DNA from: Synechococcus sp.
Lineage (GTDB): Bacteria > Cyanobacteriota > Cyanobacteriia > PCC-6307 > Cyanobiaceae
Assembly (NCBI GenBank): GCA_047285805.1
Contig: JBJBCN010000002.1
Coordinates: forward strand, 256,001-320,000
Direction of reading: 5' to 3'
DNA length: 64,000 bases
In this document: piece after piece, positions 9,272 through 19,745 of the stretch
Layout of the letters: every line of letters starts with the position of its first letter
How positions within the stretch are numbered: the stretch's first letter is position 1
Translations under genes and position numbers: made by a program
Notes under the pieces: model-generated
Database searches by the model: none
Seen by the model: only the letters and a program-made list of their open reading frames with translations
What the model was told of the DNA's origin: nothing

Positions 9272-9469
9272 CTATAGCGTTGAACGCCACTCGTGAAGTA
9301 ACTGGTAGCGCCACTCGGGCCGAATCAGCTCACTACGGAAGACCGCAAAGTGATGCTGGGGGTAATCCGCCTGGGCGCGGACCCTGGCCTGTTGCCGGCT
9401 CTCAGCGATCACGTGAAAGCGACCGAAGTCGGCCGGGCCTGCGTGAAAGACCTCGTAGATGTGGTTCAT
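9272..9469 (-). CDS. Small hypothetical protein
   Basis: 65-aa ATG ORF downstream of the hli genes. Confidence 0.55.
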   Translation of the reverse strand: MNHIYEVFHAGPADFGRFHVIAESRQQARVRAQADYPQHHFAVFRSELIRPEWRYQLLHEWRSTL

Positions 9470-9524
9470 GACGCCAGTGCCTCTATCTCAGGACTAGCAA
9501 CTCGAGCAGGATGGTGTCAGTGCT

Positions 9525-9740
9525 TCAGCTGAGGTACCAATGCAGCACTGACATCACTTGACCGGCCGGGCCGTAGCCAGTGAGACACTCGCCAATCAGC
9601 GCAGCCGCGAACCCCAGCATGGCGACGCGGCCGTTGAGCTGCTCGACGCCAGCCAAGGCTGAGACGTCCCAAGGACGTTGGGACGTCATGCTCTTGCCGA
9701 AGGACTCGACGGGTTCGTAGCGGAACTCCTGCTTGTTCAT
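9525..9740 (-). CDS. hli: High-light-inducible protein (HLIP)
   Basis: EQLNGRVAMLGF chlorophyll-binding motif. Confidence 0.9.
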   Translation of the reverse strand: MNKQEFRYEPVESFGKSMTSQRPWDVSALAGVEQLNGRVAMLGFAAALIGECLTGYGPAGQVMSVLHWYLS

Positions 9741-9759
9741 CGCGAGCGGGTTGGGCTGA

Positions 9760-9996
9760 TCAGAAGCAGAAGGGAAGGTACTGGGTATGGCAGCTTGCGT
9801 AGCCGTCGACCAGGGGGCCCAGGCCGATCTGATGCGCGATGCCTTGGCCGGTGAGTCCTTCGGTGATGATCCCGATCACGATGCCGAGCATCGCCATCCG
9901 GCCGTTGAAACGTTCAACCTTTTGGAGCTGTTCCTGGTGAATTTGCTCTTCGGCGCGGTTCTTGCACCACTGGTCGGTGACTTGATTGGTGTTCAT
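9760..9996 (-). CDS. hli: High-light-inducible protein (HLIP) with C-terminal extension
   Basis: ERFNGRMAMLG...EGLTGQG motif. Confidence 0.9.
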   Translation of the reverse strand: MNTNQVTDQWCKNRAEEQIHQEQLQKVERFNGRMAMLGIVIGIITEGLTGQGIAHQIGLGPLVDGYASCHTQYLPFCF

Positions 9997-10070
9997 GACT
10001 GTTGGGGAGCGGGTTTGAGCAAGGAGGCGGCTATCCAGCCGGCGAAGAGAAGCAGTGCGGTCAGCGCCAT
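9993..10070 (-). CDS. 25-aa hydrophobic peptide (MALTALLLFAGWIAASLLKPAPQQS)
   Basis: ATGA overlap with the hli start; begins 2 nt after the upstream stop. Confidence 0.5.
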   Translation of the reverse strand: MALTALLLFAGWIAASLLKPAPQQS

Positions 10071-10072
10071 GG

Positions 10073-10189
10073 TTATTTGCGGGTGGGGCCCAGATCGCTG
10101 GGGCGGGAGAGGACGAACACCACTCCGGCGGTGAGGAGAGTCCCCATCACAACCATTGCTGTGATGGCCATCCCGTAGTCGGCTTCCAT
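10073..10189 (-). CDS. 38-aa single-TM peptide (MEADYGMAITAMVVMGTLLTAGVVFVLSRPSDLGPTRK)
   Basis: Manual translation; first ORF downstream of the HLR1 box. Confidence 0.55.
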   Translation of the reverse strand: MEADYGMAITAMVVMGTLLTAGVVFVLSRPSDLGPTRK

Positions 10190-10203
10190 GGCTGTGTTGC
10201 GAA

Positions 10204-10231
10204 ACGTAAAGCAACTGTAACCGTATGTAAC
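10204..10231 (-). promoter_or_regulatory. HLR1 (RpaB-binding) direct-repeat element
   Basis: Minus strand GTTACATA-CG-GTTACAGT plus a weaker third half-site TTTACG; close match to KTTACAWW-N2-KTTACAWW; upstream of hli operon. Confidence 0.75.
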
Positions 10232-10287
10232 TACCTTGGCAAGTGGTTGGGATTGCTCGGCTGTCCCGCTAGGCGCGTCGGCGCGCT

Positions 10288-10689
10288 GTGTTCCGCTTCC
10301 TGTTCAACCTGCTCTGGTTTGTCCTGGGCGGATTGGTCATGGGCCTGGGTTGGTGGCTCGCCGGTCTCCTCTGCGCGATCAGCGTTGTCGGCTTGCCCTG
10401 GGCCAGCTCCTGCTTCGTGATTGGTAATTTCTACTTTTGGCCCTTCGGTCAAGAGGCGATCTCACGCCATGCCCTGACCGGCTGCCGCGATTGGGACACG
10501 GGTTCTTTGGGGACGCTCGGGAATGTGATTTGGTTCCTTGTGGCTGCCTGGTAGCTTGCGACCGGTGACCTGACCTCAGCCTTGGCCAGCTTCCTCACGG
10601 TGGTGGGGATTCCCTTTGGTCTGCAGCACATCAAGTTGGCCCAGATTGCGGTGGCTCCGGTCGGGATGATGGTCGTCTCCAATCCTTGA
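10288..10689 (+). pseudogene. yccF: YccF-family inner membrane protein with in-frame TAG at 10552
   Basis: NLLWFVLGG...GNVIWFLVAAW* then the same frame continues ...VGIPFGLQHIKLA...P. Confidence 0.8.
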
Positions 10690-11160
10690 GCAAGATTCAT
10701 CGCAGAGGTATGCCTCAGCAGTCCTGCGACTCCCCTGATTAATTCAATGGGATCGGTCAGTAGGAGCACGGGGACAGGGTCTGGTCCCAATTCCTGGCGA
10801 TGCGCGTTGGCCTCGTTTTCCGCATGCAGGGTTTCTCTGCCATTTTGCGGTGGCGTGGCTAGGACGAGGGTCCACCCTTCACTCGTCATGCTTCGGCGGT
10901 ATCAGGTCTGGAGTTGCAACGCAGACGCCGTTGGCCCGCGCTCGGTGCAGGCGGAAAACCGTCAGCAAGCACTGGTGCAGGCCCGTCGCTTCCAGCCGGG
11001 TGAGGCCTTGGTGGTGGTGGATGCGGAGCTGATGGAGCTAGCGCACCCGGTCGCTCGTGAAGGCGGCCACCATCCAGGCCAAGAGGCTCAACACGGCGGC
11101 TCCAAAGGCCAAAAAGGCCAATAAAACGTGTTCCATAAATCCCTTCTAGGACGTGCGCCC

Positions 11161-11628
11161 ATGAAGCGTTGCTCGTGGCTAACTCTTCTAGCCCTGGCCT
11201 GCCTCTGCGCCAGCCTTCCATTGGCGGTCAAGGCCCACGACGGCCATGGGGCAGCGGCCCTGGGCGTTGAGGTGACGGAACTCGCCAGCTCCAGCAAGGA
11301 GTGGGATGGCCGAACCCTGCCCCGTTATCCAGATGGTCAACCCCAGGTCAAGGTCCTTCGCATCACGATCCCGGCTGGGGTTCGTCTGCCTCTGCATTGG
11401 CATCCCGTGATCAATGCCGCCTTGGTGCTCAAGGGGGGTTTGGCCCTGGAGTTGGTCGACGGTTCCAGTCGCACCTTTCGCGAGGGTGAAGCCTTAATCG
11501 AGGTGGTGAACACCATCCATACCGGCCGTGCCCTGGGGACGCAGCCGGTAGAGCTCGTGGTCTTCTACGCGGGTGTCGAGGGCTCCCCTACAACGGTCTT
11601 GACGACAACGGCCAAGCCCCCGCGCTAG
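11161..11628 (+). CDS. Secreted cupin-domain protein
   Basis: Signal peptide; LPLHWHP and EVVNTIHTG cupin motifs. Confidence 0.85.
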   Translation: MKRCSWLTLLALACLCASLPLAVKAHDGHGAAALGVEVTELASSSKEWDGRTLPRYPDGQPQVKVLRITIPAGVRLPLHWHPVINAALVLKGGLALELVDGSSRTFREGEALIEVVNTIHTGRALGTQPVELVVFYAGVEGSPTTVLTTTAKPPR

Positions 11629-11832
11629 CGCCTGGGTTGCTTGCTGCTTGATGCCACATCAGCAGGGTCGCGAACTCGCGGTTGGCGCGATCGCGGTCGC
11701 TGGCGCACTGCTGGCGAAGCCAAGCACAGCGGGCCAGGTGCGCCAAATCGGAGGCTGAAAGGCTGATGGGGAGTCCTTGCAACCCTGTCAGCTTGTCAGA
11801 TCTGAGCGGTAGTCGCCCTGTCGGTTGGCGTT

Positions 11833-12015
11833 TTGACCAGGCAGGATGCAGTTGTTGCGGCTAAGCCGGTGAAAGAGATCAGTCTTTGGGAGTGGCTCCT
11901 GCGCGCCTCCGCGAGGATCGCGGCTCTGTCTGGCGTCATTGGTCTGCTGATCTGGCTGACCTGGGTGATGCTCGACGTTAAGAACATGCAGTCGGGATTC
12001 ACCCTCCCCTACTGA
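11833..12015 (+). CDS. Small single-TM protein
   Basis: Hydrophobic stretch IAALSGVIGLLIWLTWVML. Confidence 0.5.
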   Translation: MTRQDAVVAAKPVKEISLWEWLLRASARIAALSGVIGLLIWLTWVMLDVKNMQSGFTLPY

Positions 12016-12142
12016 AGGGGTGCTGACGGTGCAGGGTGTCTTCCTCCGCGCAGCGCCGTGGCGCTCCGCCAGCCCTGTGATCCTGGCCTCGGCTTGAGCT
12101 CGGGCAGCGTGTTTGTTGCTACAAGCAGACCTTTAAAAAAGC

Positions 12143-12900
12143 TTAGGTCTTGGACCAGCGGCTGGGGTCACGCCTGATCGGCAGCCGTCTAGGCGATGAG
12201 GTCTGTAGGAGTTCGGCGCTGATTGTGCTGCAGATGGAATCCATGGTCACGCAGAAGCTGCTGTTGTCCTGATCAAACGGGCCTTCGACGCAGGCCCCGA
12301 GCCGCTTGGCGGTGATGAAGCTCAGAAAGAGGACGGACCCCCGTTCAGGGGGCGTCGCGGCTGGCAAAGTTTGCGAAGAGGACATAGCCGTAGACCCAGT
12401 AGATCAGGCGGATGAAGACGTCGTAGGTCGGTGGTAGGGGTGGGGTTGCGAATCAGCTGCAGGCCGCCCAGGGCCTTTCTCAATCGTTGATGACGCCCCG
12501 GCTGTAGAGGCCCCCCACCAGTGGCGCCCGATGTTTCAGGCTCTGCTGGAGGGTGATGTCTTCGGCCAGTCCAAGGCTGCGCGTCAGTGCATCGACGTGG
12601 GCCCCGGCGTCGCTGCGCCAGAGCCCCGCAGTTCAAAGTTCAGTACCCAGCCCTGCAGAACCTGGAGTGCGACGAGCTCCTGTTATTGCTTGCGGCAGTG
12701 CTCATGGCCGCCGATCAGGGTCTGCAATGTGTCGCGCCACTGCCGAGCCTCGTTGGTGATGGCCCCCCAGAGCACCCGTGCTTCCCACCAACGGTTGATC
12801 GCATGGGTGTTCCGAAAGCCCACGAAGATCGAGAGCGCGATGCCCAGCATGGAGAGGCCGGACTCATCGATGATCGAGAGGTCTTGGGCCTGGGGATCGC
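12143..12900 (-). pseudogene. Bestrophin-family (YneE-like) channel pseudogene
   Basis: LGIALSIFVGFRNTHAINRWWEARVLWG..N and GACVEGPFD...MDSICSTI..ELL segments in different frames; in-frame TAA near 12684, frameshifts, 5' truncation. Confidence 0.75.
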
Positions 12901-12940
12901 TGGGCTGGTTAGATCATCCTTCCCCTGCTGCAGCTCGACC

Positions 12941-13102
12941 ATGTCTGATTGGACGCCGACTCCGGAGCAGCGCGACGGCGTGATCGTGCGCACGTTGGAG
13001 TTTTTTCGCGATGAGTGCGATGAGCTGCAGCAGGAGCTGGGTTGCCCGCGGCCCTTTATCGCTGACTTGCTCACGGCCCTGGCTCAGACCTACGCCGACT
13101 GA
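12941..13102 (+). CDS. Small hypothetical protein (MSDWTPTPEQRDG...)
   Basis: 53-aa ATG ORF with host-like codon usage. Confidence 0.55.
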   Translation: MSDWTPTPEQRDGVIVRTLEFFRDECDELQQELGCPRPFIADLLTALAQTYAD

Positions 13103-13383
13103 ACTGCCCCCCATCTGGGGGTAGGCCACCCGCTGAAGGCGGATTGAGAGTGGCTCCATCAGCGGACGGGAGGGCGTGATGCAAGCCCTGAATAACCCGG
13201 CAGTGACCGAACCGGCGCGCGGCGATTGCCTGGGTTCCACCTGCATGCAATGGACCGCAAGCGGCGAGCTCTCTGAGCTCGATCTGCATCGTGTGATGGA
13301 TCTTCTGGCTCGAGTTGACGAGAACATAGACGCGATCCAGAACACTCTCCGACGCGCGAGAACGCCCGTACTATTTCGCTGGG

Positions 13384-13638
13384 TTGACAGTGCCTGCTTC
13401 CCTCTTGGTGCGCGTCGGTGATGTGGTGCTGGTGGAGCCGCCTGAGCATTACTGGTGGGTCGGCCAGGTGATTCGCCGCGAAGGCGGGGACAATGGCAAC
13501 AGCTTTTTTCAGATCGTCTGCGTGGACACGGGGGTGAATCCAGCGGTGAATTCCAACGGCGTCACTGGCGTTTCAAGCCTTCCTCGTCTCACGCCTGATA
13601 AGCAGCCTGATCCTGGTTCCGGCCCTCTTCGCTGCTAA
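13384..13638 (+). CDS. DUF3104-like protein (possibly degenerate)
   Basis: L.V..GDVVLV...WWVGQVI...GG...FFQIVCVDTG pattern. Confidence 0.65.
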   Translation: MTVPASLLVRVGDVVLVEPPEHYWWVGQVIRREGGDNGNSFFQIVCVDTGVNPAVNSNGVTGVSSLPRLTPDKQPDPGSGPLRC

Positions 13639-13773
13639 TTAGGTCACCAGGTGGGTGGCGAAGTTGATGGCCAGCCAGGCCGCGGTCAGGGCAACCACGA
13701 GGGGCAGAACACCTTTGATGGTCTCAAGGACCTCTTGGCGTAGGTGCTCGCGTTGCTCGGGGGAGCTGGTCAT
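13639..13773 (-). CDS. Small membrane-anchored protein
   Basis: 44-aa ATG ORF with C-terminal TM. Confidence 0.5.
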   Translation of the reverse strand: MTSSPEQREHLRQEVLETIKGVLPLVVALTAAWLAINFATHLVT

Positions 13774-14078
13774 GGAGGCCTGGGGGGAGGAGCACCCCAG
13801 GCCTAAAAGCGACAACGGCGCTTTGGCATGAGTACGAACACGGGTCAGCCGAGGGCCAGCAGCGGTTGGCCGACACCGGCAAAGAGGATTGCGGTAACTC
13901 CGCCTACGAGAGGTCCGGCGAGGGATTCCCACGAGAAGATTCGGAAGGGGGCTGGGTTGCTCTTGCGTTCCGGAGTGGTCACGGTGGTGTAAAAAAACGA
14001 CCTCAGAATCGGCAGCCTGTGGTCATGAAACGGTTGTGCTGATCACCGTTTTCTGGGATTGAGCACATTCACCTACGT

Positions 14079-14195
14079 AACAAACCCTCCAGCGTTCGGC
14101 GGGAGCGCTGGAGGGTTGTTGTTGGGGGCCTCAAGGGGGGCGGCCCCCGTTTGGAGCGCGGGTTGGTACTCGACCGCCTCCAAAACCGTTATGGC
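14079..14195 (-). ncRNA. Family B putative sRNA
   Basis: GCCATAAC box, stem1 GGAGGCGG/CCGCGCTCC, stem2 GGGGGCC/GGCCCCC, AACAAC, terminator ACCCTCCAGCG/CGCTGGAGGGT-TTGTT. Confidence 0.55.
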
Positions 14196-14521
14196 TCTGC
14201 GTCTGGGCGAGGAGCCATAGGCATATTGACCGATTCAAAAGATGCCGAGTGTCTTCTTTTTGCAGTAGCCCGTTTCAATGTTCATCCAGCCGGAACGGCA
14301 GAGTTTGCCGTTGGTGGGCGCCACTTCGTAGTAAACGGGTGAGACGCAATGGCTCCCGAGATCATTGACGTAGCTAAGCGGACTTTGGGTCTGCCCAGCC
14401 CCTTCGGAATTCGTTTCTGGGCCCAGTTCGGGCCAGCGGAACTGAGGGCAAGCACCCGCAGGGCTCTGGTGCTCAGGCTGAGGGACGCGCGCGTCACGGG
14501 CCCGGGTCGACTGGGATCAAA

Positions 14522-16240
14522 CTAGGAAGCCTGCTCGGATCTGGCCGCAAGCTGATGGCTGTGGGCGCACTGCAGCGCCTCGAGTCGGGTCAGGCAGACC
14601 TCCACGCCGATGAAGCGGGTGATGGCGAGCCGTCCGAGTCGTTCCCGGTAGCGCTCCTGGGGGACCGCGATGATCACCCGCCGTCCTTGGCGGGTGGCAT
14701 CGCGGCAGACCGCGTCGATGGCAAGGGAGGCCGTGATCCCCAGATGGGAGACGGCCGTGAGATCGAGGATCAAGGTGGCATAGGCAGCGCTTTCCTGGAG
14801 GAGCTGCGTCAGGTAGCGGCTGGCGCCAAAGCTCAGCGGGCCCGCCAGGTTTAAGAGCGCAAGTTCACTGCCAGCCTCCCGCAGCAGCGCTTGCTCCTCG
14901 CCAGCAAGCTTCAGTGCGTTTGGATCTCCATCTCCGCCAGCGATCCGTTGGCTGCTTTTTTGCAGGGCATCGGCCTGGTCCTTAATAGTGATCACGTTGG
15001 CCAGCGAGACCCCGATCACCACGGCGGTGACCAGGTCCCAGAAGACCGTGAGCAAGAGGACTAGCCACATCAGACCCGTGGCTTTCCAGGAGAGGCGTGG
15101 GGCGCGCTTGAGGAAGCTCCAGTCGACGATCTCCAGGCCCACATGCAGCAGGATTCCGCCCAGAACGGCTAAGGGGATGCCGGCCGCGAAGGGGCCCGCC
15201 CCCAGGGTCACGATCAGCAGGGCCAGCGAGTGCACCATCCCCGAGAGCGGTGTCCGTCCACCGGCCTGCACATTGGTTACGGTTCGCATCGTTGCGCCCG
15301 CTCCGGGGAGGCCACCGACTAGGGCGGCTGCCATGTTGCCGAGGCCCTGTCCGATCAGTTCACGATCGGACCGGTGTTGGGTTCGGGTGATGTTGTCGGC
15401 CACCAGGGAGGTGAGCAGCGAGTCAATCGAGCCCAGGACAGCGAGGGTGATCGCATAACCGCCTAGCAAGCGGAGGTCCTCGAAGCGCAGCTCCGGCCAG
15501 CGCAGGGTCGGCAGGCCCTGGGGAATGGCCCCGAGGCGGGGCAGGGATCCCTCCGGCAGCAGGGTGCTGAGAGCCGAGATCACGACCAAGGCCACTAGCG
15601 GTGCGGGGATCCAGCGGTTCAAGCGCCGGGGGTAGGTGCGAATGAGGGCAAAGGTCAGGCAGCCAATCAGCAGAGCCAGGCCGTTCAGGTTGGCGAGCTG
15701 AGCGGGGAGCGCCCCCAGGATCTGGGGGATGGTGCCCTTGAGGTTGATCCCCAGCAGGACCGGCAGCTGCAGCACAACCACGATCACGCCGATCCCCGAC
15801 ATGAAGCCGGAGATCACGGAATAGGGCATCTGCACGATGTATTGCCCAAGGCGGAAGACCCCGAAGAGAACCTGCAGTGCTCCGGCCAACAGCGCCACCG
15901 TGAAGGCCACCGCCAGGCCTGCCTCCGGGCCATAGCGACCGACCAGTGCCGTAATAACCGCGGCCATGATCACGGTCATCGGGCCGGTGGGGCCCGAGAC
16001 CTGGGAGGGGGTGCCGCCGAGGGGGGCGGCGATGAAGCTCAGGACAATCGCGCCCCAGAGGCCGGCGATGGCGCCGGCCCCTGAGGTCAAGCCAAAGGCC
16101 ATGGCCAGGGGCAACGCCACAACGGCGGTCGTGATGCCGCCGGTGATGTCTCCGCGCCAGTTCTTCAGCCAGGGGTGGCTCCAGGTCCGACTGAGTCGCC
16201 AGGCCTTGGACTCGGGGGGCTCGCGGAAAGGAGAGCGCAT
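14522..16240 (-). CDS. SulP-family anion transporter, BicA-like, with STAS domain
   Basis: RGDITGGITTAVVALPLAMAFG, SGPTGPM, GAGATMRT and GPLSFGA motifs. Confidence 0.9.
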   Translation of the reverse strand: MRSPFREPPESKAWRLSRTWSHPWLKNWRGDITGGITTAVVALPLAMAFGLTSGAGAIAGLWGAIVLSFIAAPLGGTPSQVSGPTGPMTVIMAAVITALVGRYGPEAGLAVAFTVALLAGALQVLFGVFRLGQYIVQMPYSVISGFMSGIGVIVVVLQLPVLLGINLKGTIPQILGALPAQLANLNGLALLIGCLTFALIRTYPRRLNRWIPAPLVALVVISALSTLLPEGSLPRLGAIPQGLPTLRWPELRFEDLRLLGGYAITLAVLGSIDSLLTSLVADNITRTQHRSDRELIGQGLGNMAAALVGGLPGAGATMRTVTNVQAGGRTPLSGMVHSLALLIVTLGAGPFAAGIPLAVLGGILLHVGLEIVDWSFLKRAPRLSWKATGLMWLVLLLTVFWDLVTAVVIGVSLANVITIKDQADALQKSSQRIAGGDGDPNALKLAGEEQALLREAGSELALLNLAGPLSFGASRYLTQLLQESAAYATLILDLTAVSHLGITASLAIDAVCRDATRQGRRVIIAVPQERYRERLGRLAITRFIGVEVCLTRLEALQCAHSHQLAARSEQAS

Positions 16241-16664
16241 GCTGCAGCCGTTGTCAGCTCCCTTCAGGATGCCGAGGGTGGCCTCGCTGTCAGCCGTTTC
16301 GCAAACCGTTGTTGGGTGGGGGCCAGGATCAGCAAAGAGAGGCCCCCGAGTTGGAGAGCGGGCACAAGGCGATCGCTTCCAGCAATGTTATGACGCCGAG
16401 CCATTGGCCCTCGTCATGAGTGGAAATGCTTAATGGCCGTCGCGGTTCACGCTGCCGCGGGGCGGCATGGGGCGTTTGCGAATCGTCAGCGGGCGATTGC
16501 CGAACTGCCGCCGGGCCAAGGTGAAGGCGTGCCCCTCGCTAAAAGCAATCAGGTGCAGTTCTGAATCCCCATCGGGGAAGTGAACGGTGAGATCAAAACA
16601 GGGCAAAACAGATGCCGATCGGACACATCTCCACTTCGTAGCCATGGGGGCAGGCTGGCGTCAG

Positions 16665-16907
16665 CTATTCCGGGACTTCGCTCTCTTTCTGGTGGCGTGG
16701 CTCATAGCCCTGGGCTTCCGCCAAGTAGCGCAACCAGACCTGGCTCTTGCGATCGGGCATCCCGGCTGCACCGATCAGGCCGAGGGGGCCAAAGATCAGC
16801 CCGGCCCAAAACCATCGGGCACCTCGCCTGGCTTTGGCCCGGGCGATGGACGCAGAGATGAAGCCGCAGGGCAGGCAGACCATCAGGAAACCGATCACGT
16901 AGCCCAT
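16665..16907 (-). CDS. Small membrane protein
   Basis: IARAK...WFWAGLIFGPLGLI...PD two-TM pattern. Confidence 0.6.
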   Translation of the reverse strand: MGYVIGFLMVCLPCGFISASIARAKARRGARWFWAGLIFGPLGLIGAAGMPDRKSQVWLRYLAEAQGYEPRHQKESEVPE

Positions 16908-18348
16908 GGCTGAATCTGTTACTGCTTCTCTCTTAGCAACAGTTCCTGGACGCGATCCCAGGAGGCTTGGATAAATCGAGCGCTGAGGGCCTGATCCCAG
17001 TACTGCAGAGCGGTCGGGTGGAGCTCTCTGCTTTGGCGTTCGCTTTTGTGGCGTTGCAGATCTATTGGCTGACTGCCATCAGTCGCCGCCGGCGTCTGGC
17101 GCAGCAGTTGCCGAAGCAGGAGTTTCTCCAGGTGCTCGAGCGGATTTGGATGCAGCGATCGCCTACTGATCGCTCCTGATGGCACAGGTCAGGGCGCAGG
17201 CGTGCTGGTCCTCGACCATGCGCCTGAGCTCGTGATCCCGCAGCAACTGCATCAGCTGGGTTCCTCCCATGCCGCCGATGGCCGTTCCTGTTTGTTTACT
17301 CACCCATGCGCCCGCCGATTGCAGGTCGGGGAAGTGCTCGGGGCACAGCCGCATCAGGCGACCTGCCAAGCCTGTGCTGATCCAGCGCTCATGGGCTGAG
17401 CGTTTGACCTGCTCCTGGATGTATTCGGCCATCGACATGTGGAGCAGCCGGAGACGAGGATTGGAAACTCACCTCTTGCCTCCGGCCTAATCGGCTCCCG
17501 CAGGGCGCGGCCAGGGAATTAATACCTATTTCTTTTGCTTTCCTTCCAAATCTCCCTGTTCAAGTCTGCGCGTGGTTGGCCCCCGCGTGGTTCGGGAAGG
17601 GGTGGGTGCTGCTGTGGTCTCCGCCTTCGCCGTAGTGCTCCAGGTAGGAGAGCCCCACGGTGCGCAACATCATTCCGCAGGCGTGCCGGTCGGCGCCGTG
17701 CTGCTGCTGCCAGCGCTCTACAAGGGCGATGACGTCTTGATAGCCGTTCTTGAGGAAGTCCTCGGTTGGTTCCCAGGGCACGATCCTGTTGCTGTTGGGA
17801 GACGATGTCCACACAGCTTCTCAGTAATTTCCGAGGGCTGCTTGTCTTGTCATGAGCTGTGGTCAGGCCGCCCCTGGGCACCAGCCCACCTGGCGTTCGC
17901 GCCGGGTGAGCGAATGTCTGCGCTTTTTAGTGAGGTGTTCGCCTTGGCCGCGCTGCTTGGACTGAAGCTTGCATCCGAGCAGGGTTCGGCAATGGGCGTC
18001 GCTTCCGTAGGTGAAGTGTTTAGAGGTGATACAAACTCGCCCTGAGCAGGATGCCCGCAGCAGCTTGGCCTCCATGAATTTCCAGTTATCCATGCGCTTA
18101 TTGCATGGTACTCCTGTACTGCAGTTGGTTGGAGGTCAGTGCAGGCCCTCGGCTGGTGTGGGATCTCTGATTTCTGCAGTGACGGCAACAGTTAGGGCTC
18201 GCCGTTCCCGTGATAGTTCTGCCAGAAGACCAGGCCCCATGCTTCGCATGTTGACGTTTACGGCCAGCCTCATGGTGCTGAAAACGGCGATGGAGCTCTG
18301 GCTGGCTGAATCGCTCCTCCGCTCGAGCCCGTCTCCCCGTTCCTTGGC

Positions 18349-18690
18349 TTAGTACGGGGCCAGCGCTGCAAAGAGCTCCCGGATGGAGTCCAGGTCCAGA
18401 TCCGTGTTGATCAGGACCGAGGTTTCGAAGACCTCCTGGAAATCGCTGAGGCGTTGCCGAATCTCCTCTTCGCTTCCTTCCCAGGGCATGGGAGCCTTTG
18501 ATTGAGCTTGGTTATCCCGTGACAGGACCCTCCAGAACGCCAGCAAGCACTGTTGGCCTGGTTTAAAGGGCGTTTCGCCGAGGGATCAGGGGTGGTCGGA
18601 GGCGATTCCTTTGAGCTCCTGCCAGTTGGCGTGGCTGCTGAGTTGCGCATCAACGCTGGTGAGCGCCTGCAGAAAGTTTTCTTCTGACAT
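18349..18690 (-). pseudogene. Hypothetical protein interrupted by in-frame TGA (18586-18588)
   Basis: MSEENFLQALTS...SDHP*SLGETPF...FAALAPY reads in a single frame. Confidence 0.45.
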
Positions 18691-18873
18691 GACCCCCAAC
18701 GCCGATCTCTTTCATGCTGGCAGCATGACCACGTCCGAGACGATCCTGCGGATCGCTTCGCTGTCGTCTCAGCGTTGTGTGCGGTGGCACTGGCGCTCCT
18801 CTCTCGCCGGCTGTTTGGCGTCGTCCATGACACGCTCTTGGCGATGTCGTTCCGCCCGGCTTTGGCAGTCCAG

Positions 18874-18995
18874 CAACAAACCCCCCAGGGGCAGGTGGTA
18901 GAGCGCGCACTGGAAGGTTGTTGATGGGGCACGTTGCACCGCACCCCTGATGAGGACGGTCCGTGACGTCGAGCCGTCTCCACTTCAGTCATGGC
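18874..18995 (-). ncRNA. Family B putative sRNA
   Basis: GCCATGAC box, stem1 GAGACGG/CCGTCCTC, stem2 GGGGTGCG/CGTGCCCC, CAACAA, terminator ACCTTCCAG/CTGGGGGGT-TTGTTG. Confidence 0.55.
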
Positions 18996-19154
18996 TCAAG
19001 CGCGGACGGAGCGGCAAGGGGGCTTTTCAGCTGGGTCACAATCTGAGGATTGCCGTTGATCGCGTCCTTGGTGCCCTATTCAGGAACCCGTGTTCAGGAA
19101 ACGCCGCTGGGTCTGAGTTACCGCATCGTCTACCAACGGCGTGGTGGTCTGCCG

Positions 19155-19466
19155 ATGGATTGGTTGGATACCGCAGGCGATCCCCTGGAGGGGCTCGATC
19201 GCCTGCGGGCCCAGGAGGATTCGGCCAGGTTCTTGGCCCAGAAACGCAACACCTTCACCCGTTTTCTGCGAGCGTTTATCGCTGTCCTCCTGGTGGTGTT
19301 CAGCTTCAGTCCAGGGGCCTCACCTTGGATGTTGACCATCGGCCTGCTGATCTACCTGGAGATCGCGATCAAGTCCAAGGAGCGGGTTGGTCTCTACAAA
19401 GGAATCGCTCGTCATATCGAGCAGAGGCTGTTCGCGATCGATCAAGCCAGCCAGTCGGATCCTTGA
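19155..19466 (+). CDS. Two-TM hypothetical protein
   Basis: ATG ORF with two hydrophobic segments. Confidence 0.5.
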   Translation: MDWLDTAGDPLEGLDRLRAQEDSARFLAQKRNTFTRFLRAFIAVLLVVFSFSPGASPWMLTIGLLIYLEIAIKSKERVGLYKGIARHIEQRLFAIDQASQSDP

Positions 19467-19505
19467 CCCGCAGCCCCTAAGGTCGCGGGAGTTTGATCGG
19501 GATTC

Positions 19506-19730
19506 ATGGGTCTGCAATTGCACTCCGCTGAGTTCCTGCATGACGACGGGCTTACCTACTGCATCAAGCGTGAATCTCTGGACCAGGACTTCACGATTTA
19601 CGAGAAGCGCTGTGAGGAATGGGTGGATAGCGGCTTGGATCAGGCGGTTAAAGACCTCAACTTCGCCGAGTTCAAGCGCTTGGGGCTGCTGATCAAGCGG
19701 ATCATGGATCAGGACAACTGGATTGCCTGA
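19506..19730 (+). CDS. Small hypothetical protein
   Basis: 74-aa ATG ORF with host-like codon usage. Confidence 0.6.
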   Translation: MGLQLHSAEFLHDDGLTYCIKRESLDQDFTIYEKRCEEWVDSGLDQAVKDLNFAEFKRLGLLIKRIMDQDNWIA

Positions 19731-19745
19731 TCGCCCCAAGACTGA

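Noticed and set aside
18586..18588. In-frame TGA as selenocysteine or recoding
   Set aside because: No SECIS-like hairpin or redox motif recognised; other broken genes use TAG and TAA, which fits ordinary decay
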